A DNA stretch of 64,000 bases, from positions 45,753-109,752 of IMG/VR virus record IMGVR_UViG_3300045303_000152; one strand, written 5' to 3'. Source of the DNA: a virus. Made by a program: the position numbers and the translations under genes. Below the pieces are notes generated by a model that was not told the DNA's origin, searched no databases, and saw only the letters and a list, made by a program, of their open reading frames with translations. Shown one piece after another: positions 21,134 to 31,766 of this stretch. The first letter of the stretch is position 1, and the number at the start of each line of letters is the position of its first letter.

Positions 21134-21147
21134 GTTCAAATTTGAAC
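21134..21147. promoter_or_regulatory. palindrome GTTCAANNTTGAAC, copy 3
   Basis: GGGTTCAAATTTGAACCC, intergenic. Confidence 0.7.
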
Positions 21148-21255
21148 CCTAGACCAAGGAGAACTAGCCGTGCAGAACCGCGACTGTTTGGAAGCCCTCG
21201 CTATCTTGCTCGAGACCCATGACTTCAAGCCCGGCAAGTTCCACCTCCACAGCTT

Positions 21256-21321
21256 CATGAGCTCTTACGCCTATCTCCATGACACTTACATGAGCTCTTA
21301 CGCCTATCTCCATGCCACTTA
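21256..21321 (+). repeat. 33-bp in-frame tandem duplication
   Basis: MSSYAYLHDTY / MSSYAYLHATY; one nucleotide mismatch. Confidence 0.9.
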
Positions 21322-22583
21322 TGGGATAGGGGATGACCCGATATACCCCATAATCAAGAAGCTAGCCTCGCGGCACAATGGCATGGCGCCAATTGTTAAG
21401 GATGGGCAGCTTATTGACTGCCGCACCGTTGGCTGCGCGATTGGCTGGGGCATTGTTCTACTTCCGATTTTTAAGGAGCGAGGGCTGACGTTTAGCCAGC
21501 CGTGTAGAAGCGGCGGCTACGACGTTTTGGGTATTGAGTATAGACCCCCAAACCCCCGAGAGCACAACGTCGGCATGTATGCTGTAGAGAGGTTCTTTGA
21601 CCTGTCTACAACAGTGGCACACTGGCTATTCGTGGCGCATGAGTATAGCGTGCCCGAGCGGTCGAACCCGAAAGCAGTTGCCAGCCGCATTCGTGAGGTG
21701 TTAGCAAACCCAGAGCTAGCTAAACCCTCGTACACCTAAAAGTTTGCAACGTTGGTAAAAGGAGAATTACGCATGAAGCCTAGAAAACCCCAAAAACCCC
21801 AACCGCTCCCCGCTGTGCGACTGCCGCCACTAGCTGCGCCCTACTGCGAGACCTACCAGTACCGCATAGACACTAACCATGTCATCACCTTGTGGGGCAA
21901 GCAGGGTGACACGTTTCATGTCGGCATGGCAATGCACCTCAATCTGCTGCGCAACCTGTACGAAAGGGTGATGACATCTGCAGCTGAAATGTCGCAGAGA
22001 CAGCAGCAGGCAAACGCGACCGCTCAAAAGGCCGCGGTCAATGGCAAGGATGAGCCAAAGCTGGTAGAACCCGAGCCTGCAAAATCCGAGCTGGTAGAAA
22101 CTAAACCTGAGGAGAAGCAACCATGATACAGGCTACCGCCACAGCCGAACTCCGCTGGGTACTGCGCCCAGTAATCACCGGCGCCGCAGCTACGCTGGAA
22201 CAGCCCCCCGCCGTGCCTATTCTGCAGCGCCGGTTCCATGCCGTCGAGAACCCCGGCGGCCACAACGAGCGCAGTTACTTCCTTTGGCTCGACGTTCCTA
22301 CTATTGCCGAGCCCGAGGCTGACAGGTTGGCCAGAGTAAAGGCTGAGAATGCTATGGCAGCCAGCCAGCTGACGTTGCAATGGCCGAGCGTCAAGTTGTT
22401 CGGTTAAGTGCGTAGATAGTGCTTGCGTCAAACGATAAAGGAACGTCACTATGACAGGTCAAGACGTACTCGTGATCGCAGGCAGCCTAGGCTTCTTCGC
22501 CTACTCGTACTTCCTTTATAAATGGGGGTACGGGATGGGCCTAGCCGACGGTACCGCAACAGCCTACACATGCGATGTAGAGG

Positions 22584-23180
22584 CTAGGCAGTCGGTGGAG
22601 CGCTTTCAATCCGAGCGCGCTTCGCCAAAAAAGCTTCACTGAGTTTGAAGACTAGCCTCCGGGCCTTTTCACTTTCGTTTGGAATTTGCATCACAGTGAC
22701 AAACCCGGAGGCTAGCATTCGTTCCTCGCCCTCAGTACGGCGCCTGATGTCGGTAACGACCAAGCCATTATCCGTCAGACAGCGTCGGGCGAGATCCGTG
22801 TAGGCTTAGATATTATAGTGATGCCCCCATGAGCGGAAGGATACTATCAAGTCGACGGGTGGGATCACTAGGTTCGGGTCTGCGATGTGCCAATAGCATT
22901 CGACGTGCGGCAGCCGAGCTACGAAGTTGTTGTAGCCATCTCTAACGTCTGACCATGCCTCTGGCACCTTTTCGGTATAGCCGCCGTTGTTACCTGTGTC
23001 CTTACAGCTGCCGCCAGTACCATCCATTAAGTGAACTCGACCAATCTTGTAGTGCTCGGCAATCAGCAAACTTTTGACGGCGCGGCCTGAGCCGATGTCT
23101 AACATGGACTGTGGCTTGATATCGGGCAATGCCTCGACAAAGCCTGCGAAGGTCTTTTGAGCCCTGTACAAACCCGACAT
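22584..23180 (-). pseudogene. class I SAM methyltransferase interrupted by an in-frame TAA at 22806-22808
   Basis: LDIGSG motif, SFRSWGHHY; the frame continues past TAA with homology to the C-terminus of 24376..25011. Confidence 0.8.
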
Positions 23181-24015
23181 GGTTTTCCCTCTACTTAACC
23201 CCAACCGTATGTGATTATAGCAAACCCTCAACCAGTGAGCAAGGAGTGACTATGATCTTCCCAATCGAAAGCAGGCTGTACATGGAGAATGACAGGTTTA
23301 TGCTGCAATGGCGCGGCCATCAGTACGTCGGAAGTGGAGCTGGCGGCGGCGGAGCCGGCAGTGGCGGCGGTGGTCCGGCGAACACTAGCGAGTGCGGTGG
23401 AACGGTCGACTTAACCTCACACATCGAAGGGATAATTCGCCACGTACTGGACTCGTACTTCACGGGCAAAAGGCCAACCTGACATAAGCAAGGAGTTACC
23501 TCAATGCGTCTAATTCTACCCATCGTGCTGCTAGTGACGAAAGTGTACGAGATCTATGAAGCCTGCAAGCTCAGATGCCTCAAGCTGAGGAGGGGACGAT
23601 GAAAACTCGTGTTATATGGGAGGTAATGATTGCATGGAAACATCCATGCAAAGGTGTTGAGTACGAAGTGTATTACATAACCAGCCAATGGGAGTTAGTG
23701 GTACTTATAGATAAATGCACCGATCCTTTCTATTTATCAATGCAAATAGCCTAATATTAGGGTTGTCTAAGCAAGGGGCAATATGCTAGGTCTTACCCGA
23801 CCATCGAGGGTTTAGTAGGAGGGACTAAGATGAGCAGCAAGGTACTCGATCTCTATAACGCAGCTTCGCCGTACTTGGCCAAAGCTTGGGCTTGGCTGGA
23901 GCAGGCTGCCGCGCAAGTATTCATCTGGGCAAAAACCTACACCCATGCCACCATGTTCATCATTGGGTTCTTCTTAGGCTTGCTCGCTAGTCGCTTCATC
24001 TAAGGAAAGTAATAA

Positions 24016-24369
24016 ATGTGGAAGTCGCTCAGGGCGTGCTTGATTGCTTTGCTTGTCGGCGGGCATGGCTGGTACCCTCATGAGTGTTGCAGCGGGTTGG
24101 ATTGCGCCGAGGTAACGCAATTTTCCCACCCGATTGGGGAACAACTCGAGGCGTTGATTGTACCGGGCACACCAACCCCACCCATGATCGGTGACATCGG
24201 GCCACTGGCCGTAACGACCAAATATGGAACTGTCGTCGTGCCTGATAAATTCCCTCGACGGCGCTCAGAAGATAGTAACTGGCACGCATGCATTCGCATA
24301 GTCATGAAGAATAACGTGGTGCTGCTGCGTCGCCTGCTGTGCTTGTTCGAACCCGATCCAACATTGTAG
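24016..24369 (+). CDS. secreted Cys-rich hypothetical protein
   Basis: Signal-like N-terminus; 'HGWYPHECCSGLDC...SEDSNWHAC...LCLF'. Confidence 0.7.
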   Translation: MWKSLRACLIALLVGGHGWYPHECCSGLDCAEVTQFSHPIGEQLEALIVPGTPTPPMIGDIGPLAVTTKYGTVVVPDKFPRRRSEDSNWHACIRIVMKNNVVLLRRLLCLFEPDPTL

Positions 24370-24375
24370 AGTGCT

Positions 24376-25011
24376 ATGCAAATTATCGAAGGCATACACT
24401 TCCCTCAGCCGGTGCTGGATCACTTGAATGCAATTGCGCCCACGTGGGCGCAAACATTGATTGACCGAGCGTGGATGGCTTACATCACTATGGAGAAAGC
24501 CCTTAACCACGCAGTCGAGCGGAATGAAGTCAAAACCCTGCTCGACATAGGTGCTGACGCCGGCATGATTGATATTCTGCTGGGCGCCACCTCACAATTC
24601 CCCCAACTGACCGACATTTATTTGCTTGACGGCGATGGCACAAGCACGCGCCTCACTGAGAAGTACAGCGCAGAGCAGGTAGCCTGGAACAACGTGCATA
24701 TGGGCGTCGAGCTGGTGAAGGCTAACGTTAGCTCCACCATTGCCGTGCATGCCGTGAAGCCAGACCCGAGCTTGATACTGCCTCAAGCCATGGATGTTAT
24801 AATCAGCCTCAAGTCGTGGGGGCATCACTATCCCGTCGAGGTGTATCTCGAGTTCGTGAAGCATAACTTGGCTGCAACCGGCGTCGTGCTGCTCGACATC
24901 CGCGAAAATACTAACGGCCGCCAAGTGTTAGAGGCTAACGGCTTCAAGGTAGTCGAGTTGATACCTGATAGATCCTCAAAGTGCCAACGTATGTTACTAA
25001 GGCGGAACTGA
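24376..25011 (+). CDS. class I SAM-dependent methyltransferase
   Basis: LLDIGADAG, LLDGD, SLKSWGHHYPV. Confidence 0.85.
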   Translation: MQIIEGIHFPQPVLDHLNAIAPTWAQTLIDRAWMAYITMEKALNHAVERNEVKTLLDIGADAGMIDILLGATSQFPQLTDIYLLDGDGTSTRLTEKYSAEQVAWNNVHMGVELVKANVSSTIAVHAVKPDPSLILPQAMDVIISLKSWGHHYPVEVYLEFVKHNLAATGVVLLDIRENTNGRQVLEANGFKVVELIPDRSSKCQRMLLRRN

Positions 25012-25236
25012 AGGGGTAAATCAAATGTCAAGATACCTTTACCCTCGTGAAGAGCGAGGCACTAACGTCGAGCTACCAGCTACTCTCGCTCAATGGAGGG
25101 CTAATGTCGCCTATCGCTGCAAGCTGTGTGACACGGTAGTATGGACCAACACGAAGATCGAGCCGGTCGACGTACCCATCACGCGGGTTGAGCTGTTCAA
25201 TTTCAAGATCGTGAAGCCTGCAGAACCTACTAATTC

Positions 25237-25887
25237 ATGGAGCTTGCAGCGATGCGTATCAACTGGACTGAAAAGTCAGTAGAGTATTTGAACCGGCACA
25301 ATAAGCAGGGCGACGATAACTTTGCCCTGTTCGCTAAGCAGCAGATCAGAGCTCAGAAGCGCCTCGACGACATAGCACGGGTTGTCGATGAGTGGAGGCC
25401 AACTCGCTCGCTCGACATCGGGTGCGGGCTGGGCGTGATTGATATCCTACTTGCCGATCGCTATGATCTGGCTCACATTCACTTGCTCGACGGCGACGGC
25501 AGCAGCCCTATTCAGCACGACTATCAGTCTGACATGCAGCCGTGGAATGACGTGTTTGCGGCAGCCGAGCTTGTGCAGAAAAACGTGGGTAAGGAAGTAT
25601 CGGTCTACCCTCATTTGGTAGTGTCAGCGGGTGAGTCCATGGCTTCGATGGCCAAGGAGATTGGCTGGCTCGACATGGTGTGTAGCTTCAAGTCGTGGGG
25701 CGTCCACTATCCCGTCAGCACCTACCTGCAATTCGTGCACGAGGTTTTGCGCCCTGGGGGTTTGCTGGTCATCGACATTCGCGAGGAGCGTGGCGATGGT
25801 GACAAGAACAACCAAGTCGAGCAGGCTGGCTTTCGGCTCGTGAAGCAGTTGGACGCGCGAGTTCGCACGTTCAGGAGAGGCATATGA
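25237..25887 (+). CDS. class I SAM-dependent methyltransferase
   Basis: LDIGCGLG, LLDGD, SFKSWGVHYPV, LRPGG. Confidence 0.88.
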   Translation: MELAAMRINWTEKSVEYLNRHNKQGDDNFALFAKQQIRAQKRLDDIARVVDEWRPTRSLDIGCGLGVIDILLADRYDLAHIHLLDGDGSSPIQHDYQSDMQPWNDVFAAAELVQKNVGKEVSVYPHLVVSAGESMASMAKEIGWLDMVCSFKSWGVHYPVSTYLQFVHEVLRPGGLLVIDIREERGDGDKNNQVEQAGFRLVKQLDARVRTFRRGI

Positions 25888-26774
25888 AAGTCGGCTTCTT
25901 TTGCTCAAAGCGCCCTCGCTGCATTGAGTTCGCAGAGCTGTTTCGATTTGGCGTGCAGCGGTGCGGCGACGAGTTAGCTATCAGACCGGTGCTGAAAGCT
26001 CATGGCGATCCTCATGAGGTTGATGGGGAAATAGTACCTGATGTGGATGTAGCGATCATCAATGCAATCCTGCACCGCAAAGCTTTCAAGACCATGTACG
26101 ATGCCGGCATTCCAGTTGTGTACATCGACAAGGCTTATAATCGGAATTGGGACTGGCGGCGTGTCAGCATTGGCGCGCACCAGCCAACGCACTACCTAGG
26201 CTTTAGAGGCAAGCGTGATGGACGCCGAGTACAGTTCGGGTGGGAACCTGCAACGTGGCGCCGCAAAGGTTCGCACGTGTTGCTAGCGTGGTCAGATAAC
26301 CGCGATCATGAGTGGCGCGGCTGGCCCCCGCCGGAAGTTCATGTCAGACCTGTCATTATCGGCTTGCAGCATTTCACCGACCGCAAACTCTACTATGGCG
26401 CCAAGCCGAACTATCATCCAAGTGCTTCAATCACTAGCCTACTCGACATTCGCAATCTAACCCCTGATGCACAAATCTCTGATTACTTTACGGGTTGTCA
26501 TGCGTTGGTAACTCCCGGTACCAGTGTGTGCTTGCAGGCTATGTTGGTAGGTATTCCTACCATCGTGCTCGCTGATGCCATAGTGCGCAGCATATCCTCT
26601 ACATGCATTTGCCAGATCGAAAGCCCGTACCTAGCAACCCAACATGAGCGCATTCAGCTACTCAATGATCTTGCTTACTGTCAGTGGCATAAGGGGGAGT
26701 TTGCCGATGGCACAGCTTGGTTCGATATTCGTGACCAGTTAGAGGAAGGGGTAGGAGTCAATGTCAAATCGTAG
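25884..26774 (+). CDS. glycosyltransferase-like protein (GT-B, resembling KpsS/KpsC capsule-type)
   Basis: 'YIDKAY', 'ALVTPGTSVCLQAMLVGIP', 'LAYCQW..GE..GTAW'; paralog of 28244 and 60554. Confidence 0.6.
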   Translation: MKVGFFCSKRPRCIEFAELFRFGVQRCGDELAIRPVLKAHGDPHEVDGEIVPDVDVAIINAILHRKAFKTMYDAGIPVVYIDKAYNRNWDWRRVSIGAHQPTHYLGFRGKRDGRRVQFGWEPATWRRKGSHVLLAWSDNRDHEWRGWPPPEVHVRPVIIGLQHFTDRKLYYGAKPNYHPSASITSLLDIRNLTPDAQISDYFTGCHALVTPGTSVCLQAMLVGIPTIVLADAIVRSISSTCICQIESPYLATQHERIQLLNDLAYCQWHKGEFADGTAWFDIRDQLEEGVGVNVKS

Positions 26775-27551
26775 CGGCGCCTACTTGCTGTCAGAAACCT
26801 ATAACTTGCAAGCTGCAAGCGAGGGTATGTTGGTAGTGCCGAAGCTCAGGCGACGGCAGCCTAAGCAGACGATGCTGCCTAAAGATCCGCCATTGGTTAG
26901 GCAGTTTCGCTGGACTACCCCCGAAAGCGTGCTGGCTCGTATCAAGGAACTCGCGAGCCAGCCGCTCCGTACAGCACCAACTGGGTTTGCGCTCAACTAC
27001 AAAAGGCGCGACCAATGCCAAAGGGTGATCCCATGAAGTACATTCTGATTTGGTATATCTTACAAGCGAGTGGGTCAGCTATCGCATCAGGTGGCATGAC
27101 TTCTGGCTCAGCCGAGTTCAACGATCAAAAGAGCTGCGAGCTTGCGGCCGAGCAAATCAAGTCGTGGAATGACAAGGCCAAAACTGCGTGCATGGAAAAG
27201 GGTGAGTAAGGAGTGGGGTGATGAATACCAAGTTTGTGAAGCATCTGAAAGTAGGGGATCGCGTTCGGGTACAAGACCCTGAAGGCGTAGGCAAGGTGAC
27301 ATACGTTGGACGTTCTATAATGTTCACGGCGTCGGGCGGGTGCTTTAGAATAGATGCTGACTTGGTAGCCGGCCCAAATGCCGGCAAATCGGTGTGGGAT
27401 CAGCACCTGCCCGGCGATGCTGAAATCGAAGTCTACCCAGTTCACTAGGAGTAACGAACATGATGACGTATGCGCAAGGTTGGATCATCATCGGTGAGCT
27501 TGCCTTTGTCATCTTTCTAATCATTTACAACATTGGTATCGGAGGCCCACA

Positions 27552-28247
27552 ATGATTACGGTAACGCAAACCGAGCTCTATGCTCATGTGTGCAGTGGGG
27601 TTCATGGGGCGAAGTTGTCGACCTACCCATTCACGCACATCAGCATGAGGAACTTCCTGCCGCAGTTTCTGTACGGGCGGCTTATCAATTCACTGCCGGC
27701 GCCTGAGCTCTATACCCCGTTGAGCGATACTCGCGCGCAATTCGTATTCACGCCCGAGAACCAAGCGAAGCTGCCGGCCGATACGGTCGGAGTTTGGATG
27801 GACCTGCTCAAAGTGTTCAATGAGATTGGGTTCAAACAGACCATGTTCAACAAGCTGGCCAGCGGGTTGAAGCATCGCTTTGGCGATAAGACCCTCGACG
27901 ACATCGACTGCGACATGGATATCAGGTTGATGCGTGACACGGCTGGCTATGGCATTCTGCCTCACTGCGATACCATGAAGAAGATAATCACGATGCAAAT
28001 CTACCTGCCGGCCACCGATCGCTATATGGATAGCGGTACGGTCATGTACAAGAAAGACGTAGTCGCTGATGGTGAGGAATACGTTGAGGTAGTGCGCTTT
28101 CCCTTCATACCGAATTTCAGCTATGCATTCGTCGTCAACAATAAGGAGCCTCACCAAAGCTGGCACGGGGTAGAAACTCTGCCACCTGATTTCCCCGGCG
28201 CGCGCAACAGTCTGCTTGTGATGTTCAATGCTGTAGGTGGTAAATGA
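27552..28247 (+). CDS. 2OG-Fe(II) oxygenase
   Basis: HxD ('PHCD'), distal His ('SWHGV'), RxS ('RNSL'). Confidence 0.85.
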   Translation: MITVTQTELYAHVCSGVHGAKLSTYPFTHISMRNFLPQFLYGRLINSLPAPELYTPLSDTRAQFVFTPENQAKLPADTVGVWMDLLKVFNEIGFKQTMFNKLASGLKHRFGDKTLDDIDCDMDIRLMRDTAGYGILPHCDTMKKIITMQIYLPATDRYMDSGTVMYKKDVVADGEEYVEVVRFPFIPNFSYAFVVNNKEPHQSWHGVETLPPDFPGARNSLLVMFNAVGGK

Positions 28248-29116
28248 AATTCGCCTATCATCTGCGAGGCGAACGCCCTCGACAGAAGCAACTGTGTACT
28301 GCATTGCAAGCCGGCGCTGCCAAGCATGGGGATGAGGTAATCCCCATCGTTGGCTACCTAGGCCCAGAACCTAACGTCGATGGCGTGATACTGCTAGGCG
28401 TCAGCGGCCTTCACCACAGAATAAGCAACCGCATGGTGTACGATGCTTATCTCGCCAAGGGTAAGCGAACGATGCTGTTCGACAAGGGCTATGTGCGGAA
28501 GGACAGTAGCGACCGCGACTACTTGCGGGTGTGCGTCGATGGGTTCCAGCCACTCAGCTACTTCATGAACACAACCAGACCCAATGACAGATTTAAGCAG
28601 TTGGGTATCAAGCTAAGGCCCTACGCCACCAAAGGCGACTACTTCTTGCTGGATGGTGTCAGTCAGAAGTACTGCGCTTGGCATGGCATCGACAGTCACC
28701 TTGCCTGGGGCTTGAGCGTAATTGAGAAGATCAGGGCACACAGCAACCGCCCCATCGTTTACCGGCTTAAGAAGTCAGCGGCGAACTACAAGGCTCTGCG
28801 CGACATGCTGCGTACGACCATATCGAAGCGTGATCTGGCTGACGATATGAAACGCGCCATGATCGTCATCAGCCACGGCGGCAATCTGGGTTGGGATGCC
28901 ATGATGAATGGTCGCGCTCACTTTGCTATCGGCCCGAGCATTGCTAGAAGGGTAAGCGAAACCGACTGGGATAAAATTCACACGCCGTATGTACCTAGTG
29001 AGGCAGAGCGCTATCAGTTGATGTGCAATGTTGCGTACTGTCAATGGACCGTGGCCGAGCTAGCGAGCGGTGAGGGATGGGCAGTCATCAACCAGCAGTT
29101 AGAGGAAACCAAATGA
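28244..29116 (+). CDS. glycosyltransferase-like protein (paralog of 25884)
   Basis: 'FDKGY', 'VISHGGNLGWDAMMNG', 'VAYCQWTVAELASGEGW'. Confidence 0.6.
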   Translation: MKFAYHLRGERPRQKQLCTALQAGAAKHGDEVIPIVGYLGPEPNVDGVILLGVSGLHHRISNRMVYDAYLAKGKRTMLFDKGYVRKDSSDRDYLRVCVDGFQPLSYFMNTTRPNDRFKQLGIKLRPYATKGDYFLLDGVSQKYCAWHGIDSHLAWGLSVIEKIRAHSNRPIVYRLKKSAANYKALRDMLRTTISKRDLADDMKRAMIVISHGGNLGWDAMMNGRAHFAIGPSIARRVSETDWDKIHTPYVPSEAERYQLMCNVAYCQWTVAELASGEGWAVINQQLEETK

Positions 29117-29394
29117 GAGTAGAACTGTGGCGGGGCATTTATAAGTTGCAGGAAGAAATGGGTGACCTACAGCAGCTACTAGGCAAGCTTGGGGCATTTC
29201 CAAGCGAGCACCCTAGCGGTGAGGATACTGTAACTAAGGTATGGGAAGAGGTTGCTGATGTTCAGGCAGCCCTTGTTTACTTTAGGCGGCACAATGCCCC
29301 GCCCACTCAAGAAACCTATATTGTGAAACGGATGACACATAAGCTTGAGTTGTTCGAAACGTGGAACTTGAGCGGGGTAAAACCAAATGAGTGA
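29113..29394 (+). CDS. MazG-like nucleotide pyrophosphohydrolase
   Basis: 'KLQEEMGDL...EEVADV' acidic metal motif. Confidence 0.65.
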   Translation: MRVELWRGIYKLQEEMGDLQQLLGKLGAFPSEHPSGEDTVTKVWEEVADVQAALVYFRRHNAPPTQETYIVKRMTHKLELFETWNLSGVKPNE

Positions 29395-29609
29395 CGCAGA
29401 AGGACCAACGTGGTTTTACTGGCTCACCTATGAAGGCACGGGTAATCCACGTAGGCCCGATTATTTTGGTGGAGTATATTCGGCATTACAGCTAGCACAA
29501 GCGGCTGTGACTGATATCCACACTCATGTAGCAATTGCTAGGATCTATAAAATTGCCTTAGATCACCCGTGGTCGCCCGAATTAGTTTGGCAAGAGCGCG
29601 AGTAGTTCA

Positions 29610-30596
29610 ATGCCCGTATTCGATTGGCAGAAGTTTCTCGAGCATCATCGCATCGAGTACACTGATCGAGGCCGTAACGTCAGCAAGAACAACCTCGCGC
29701 TGAAATGCCCGTGGTGCGGCTCGGCTGATCCCAGCCAGCACATGAACGTGAGCCTTAAAGGCTACGGCTATTTCTGCTGGCGTGATGCCACGCATCGGGG
29801 TACCAACAATGCCAAGTTGGTGCAGAAGCTACTCAACTCGACTTGGGCAGAAGCAATTGAGGTAACTGGTGGCGCCGTCGAGGTGTTGCCAGATGAAGAC
29901 TTTGGTACCAGAATTAACCACTTGCTGCATGGTGAGGCTGAGCCGGTTCGCAAACTGCCCATGCCAAAGGATTGGAAGCGCCTCGACCAGCCGTCAGGCA
30001 ACCTACAGCGTAATCTCATCATCGAGTACATGAAGCGGCGAGGCTATGGGCTCGGTAGTGTGATGCGGCTGGCCAAGCGGTATGACATCCATTACGCAAT
30101 GAAGGATAATTGGGATCGTCGGGTTATTTGGCCGCTGCATGATCGGCATGGCGACTTGGTGAACTACACCGGCCGCGCCATCAGCAGCACTCAAAAGATC
30201 AGATACAAAACCCTGTCGGGCGACTTGGCCCGCATGCGCATGAGCGAGTGTCTGTTCGACCTGGGCACGCTTATCAAAGTGCGGGCAGAAGCTTTGGTAC
30301 TGACTGAAGGCCCGTTCGATGCCATGCGCATGGGTTGGATAGGTGAGCCGTTAGGCATCTACTCGACGTGCGTGTTCACTCAGAATGTCAGCGAAACGCA
30401 GGCCGCATTGCTAAGCCAGCTTGCTTACAGATTTGAACGTGTGTTCGTGCTATTCGACCAGGGCGCCGACTTGCAATCATTTAGAGCTGCAAGCTCGCTG
30501 GGCTTCGAGCGCATCAAACTTCCCAACGGTGTTAAAGATCCTGATGCTTTGTCGACTGCGCAGGCGTTTTCGATGTGCCACAGCCTGCTAGCGTGA
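29610..30596 (+). CDS. DNA primase (Zn-binding + TOPRIM)
   Basis: CPWC...CWR; LTEGPFDA; LFDQGAD; KDPD. Confidence 0.88.
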   Translation: MPVFDWQKFLEHHRIEYTDRGRNVSKNNLALKCPWCGSADPSQHMNVSLKGYGYFCWRDATHRGTNNAKLVQKLLNSTWAEAIEVTGGAVEVLPDEDFGTRINHLLHGEAEPVRKLPMPKDWKRLDQPSGNLQRNLIIEYMKRRGYGLGSVMRLAKRYDIHYAMKDNWDRRVIWPLHDRHGDLVNYTGRAISSTQKIRYKTLSGDLARMRMSECLFDLGTLIKVRAEALVLTEGPFDAMRMGWIGEPLGIYSTCVFTQNVSETQAALLSQLAYRFERVFVLFDQGADLQSFRAASSLGFERIKLPNGVKDPDALSTAQAFSMCHSLLA

Positions 30597-30724
30597 TGGG
30601 TTGTAACAGCAACCTAAGTTGCCAACATGGTAAATTTTATTAACCCGGATCTCGATTGTTTGGGCTATACTTAGGGCAGGCTAAACCGATGGGGTTTGGC
30701 CGAGCCTGAAATGGGGTTAGTCAC

Positions 30725-31534
30725 ATGGCAACGAAGACCAAGGAAAAGCCGAAAGTCAAGAACCTGCCAAAGTCCAGCTCGATGGTGCTGGTCAAGGTAG
30801 GCACCAAGAACACTGCCAAGTACTGGGCTGCACAGATTAATACCATTTGGCGTAAAACGGCCATCAGCTACATCGAGATGGGCAAGCTGCTGGTCGAGGC
30901 CAAGAGTGTGCTGAAGCAATCAGAATGGAAACTGCTGCTCGACAACGAACTCGACTTCGATGAGAGCAAGGCCAAAAAGTTGATACTGATCGCGCAGCAC
31001 CAAACTCTGACCAAAAGTTCAAATTTGAACTTGCTTCCACCCAGCTACACCACGCTCTACACGTTGACCAAGTTGGATGACAAGGCGGTCAGCACTGCCA
31101 TCAAGCGGGGCGATATCCACCCCAACATGGATGGTAGTGACGCCGACGAGCTGGTTCAGATGGTCAACCCAAAGAAGCCAAAGCCCGAGCTTTCGCGTGA
31201 GGCCGACGACGCCGAGGTGATCGAGCATGAGGACGATGAGCAAGAGGAAGATGATGAAGGCGAAGGCGAGGGTGCCGACGCTGGTGATGGAGATGACAAT
31301 GATGACGATGATGCGCCGGCGCCCAAGGGCATTCGAAAGACCGAGGAGGCAAAAGCGACGCCGTATGACACTGCCGTAGACAACTTCGACGGCGGCATCG
31401 ACAGCATGCTTTACTACTGTGAGAACCTCGAAGCCGCCATGGAAAAGAAAGGAGTCGATAAGCTCGATAAGGATTTGAAAGTCAAGCTGAAGCAACTGCA
31501 TGCCGTCACTGCACGGCTGCTGAAAACCTACTGA
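30725..31534 (+). CDS. DUF3102-like DNA-binding protein with acidic linker
   Basis: 'IEMGKLLVEAK...EW...L.F...AKKLILIA...LP.SY..LY.L' pattern. Confidence 0.6.
   Translation: MATKTKEKPKVKNLPKSSSMVLVKVGTKNTAKYWAAQINTIWRKTAISYIEMGKLLVEAKSVLKQSEWKLLLDNELDFDESKAKKLILIAQHQTLTKSSNLNLLPPSYTTLYTLTKLDDKAVSTAIKRGDIHPNMDGSDADELVQMVNPKKPKPELSREADDAEVIEHEDDEQEEDDEGEGEGADAGDGDDNDDDDAPAPKGIRKTEEAKATPYDTAVDNFDGGIDSMLYYCENLEAAMEKKGVDKLDKDLKVKLKQLHAVTARLLKTY
31017..31030. promoter_or_regulatory. palindrome GTTCAANNTTGAAC, copy 4 (intragenic)
   Basis: AAGTTCAAATTTGAACTT encoding part of KSSNLNL. Confidence 0.65.
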
Positions 31535-31766
31535 GGGGTTAGAGAGGGGAGCATTAGCTATGGCATCGCATGACCAGTCAACAATCGAAAAAGCATGGCT
31601 AATTTTTCTACTAATGGTGGGCATAACCAGCATTGTTGTGCTTGCCTTTCTACTGACGAATTGATATAACTGTAGGTGGCGTAGGACGGAGCTTGGCTCA
31701 ACTGCCCGAGCACCTTCACGGGCTCTGCCCTACGCCTTCACACAATCAGTTTGTCGGGGGTATCTC

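Larger units (their letters stand above)
17904..22642 (+). other. run of hypothetical CDSs (17904-18137, 18169-18750, 18767-19024, 19026-19250 TM+coiled coil, 19315-20061, 20137-20682 signal peptide, 20696-21109 TM+coiled coil, 21170-21739, ~21773-22126, 22123-22407, 22451-22642)
   Basis: RBS-led collinear ORFs; no recognised enzymatic family. Confidence 0.6.

Noticed and set aside
22806-22808. Genome-wide stop-codon reassignment
   Set aside because: TAA, TAG and TGA all terminate conserved full-length genes normally; this is an isolated case
27552-28247. TET/JBP DNA dioxygenase
   Set aside because: Looks like a generic prolyl-hydroxylase-type 2OG oxygenase; I cannot see TET/JBP-specific features
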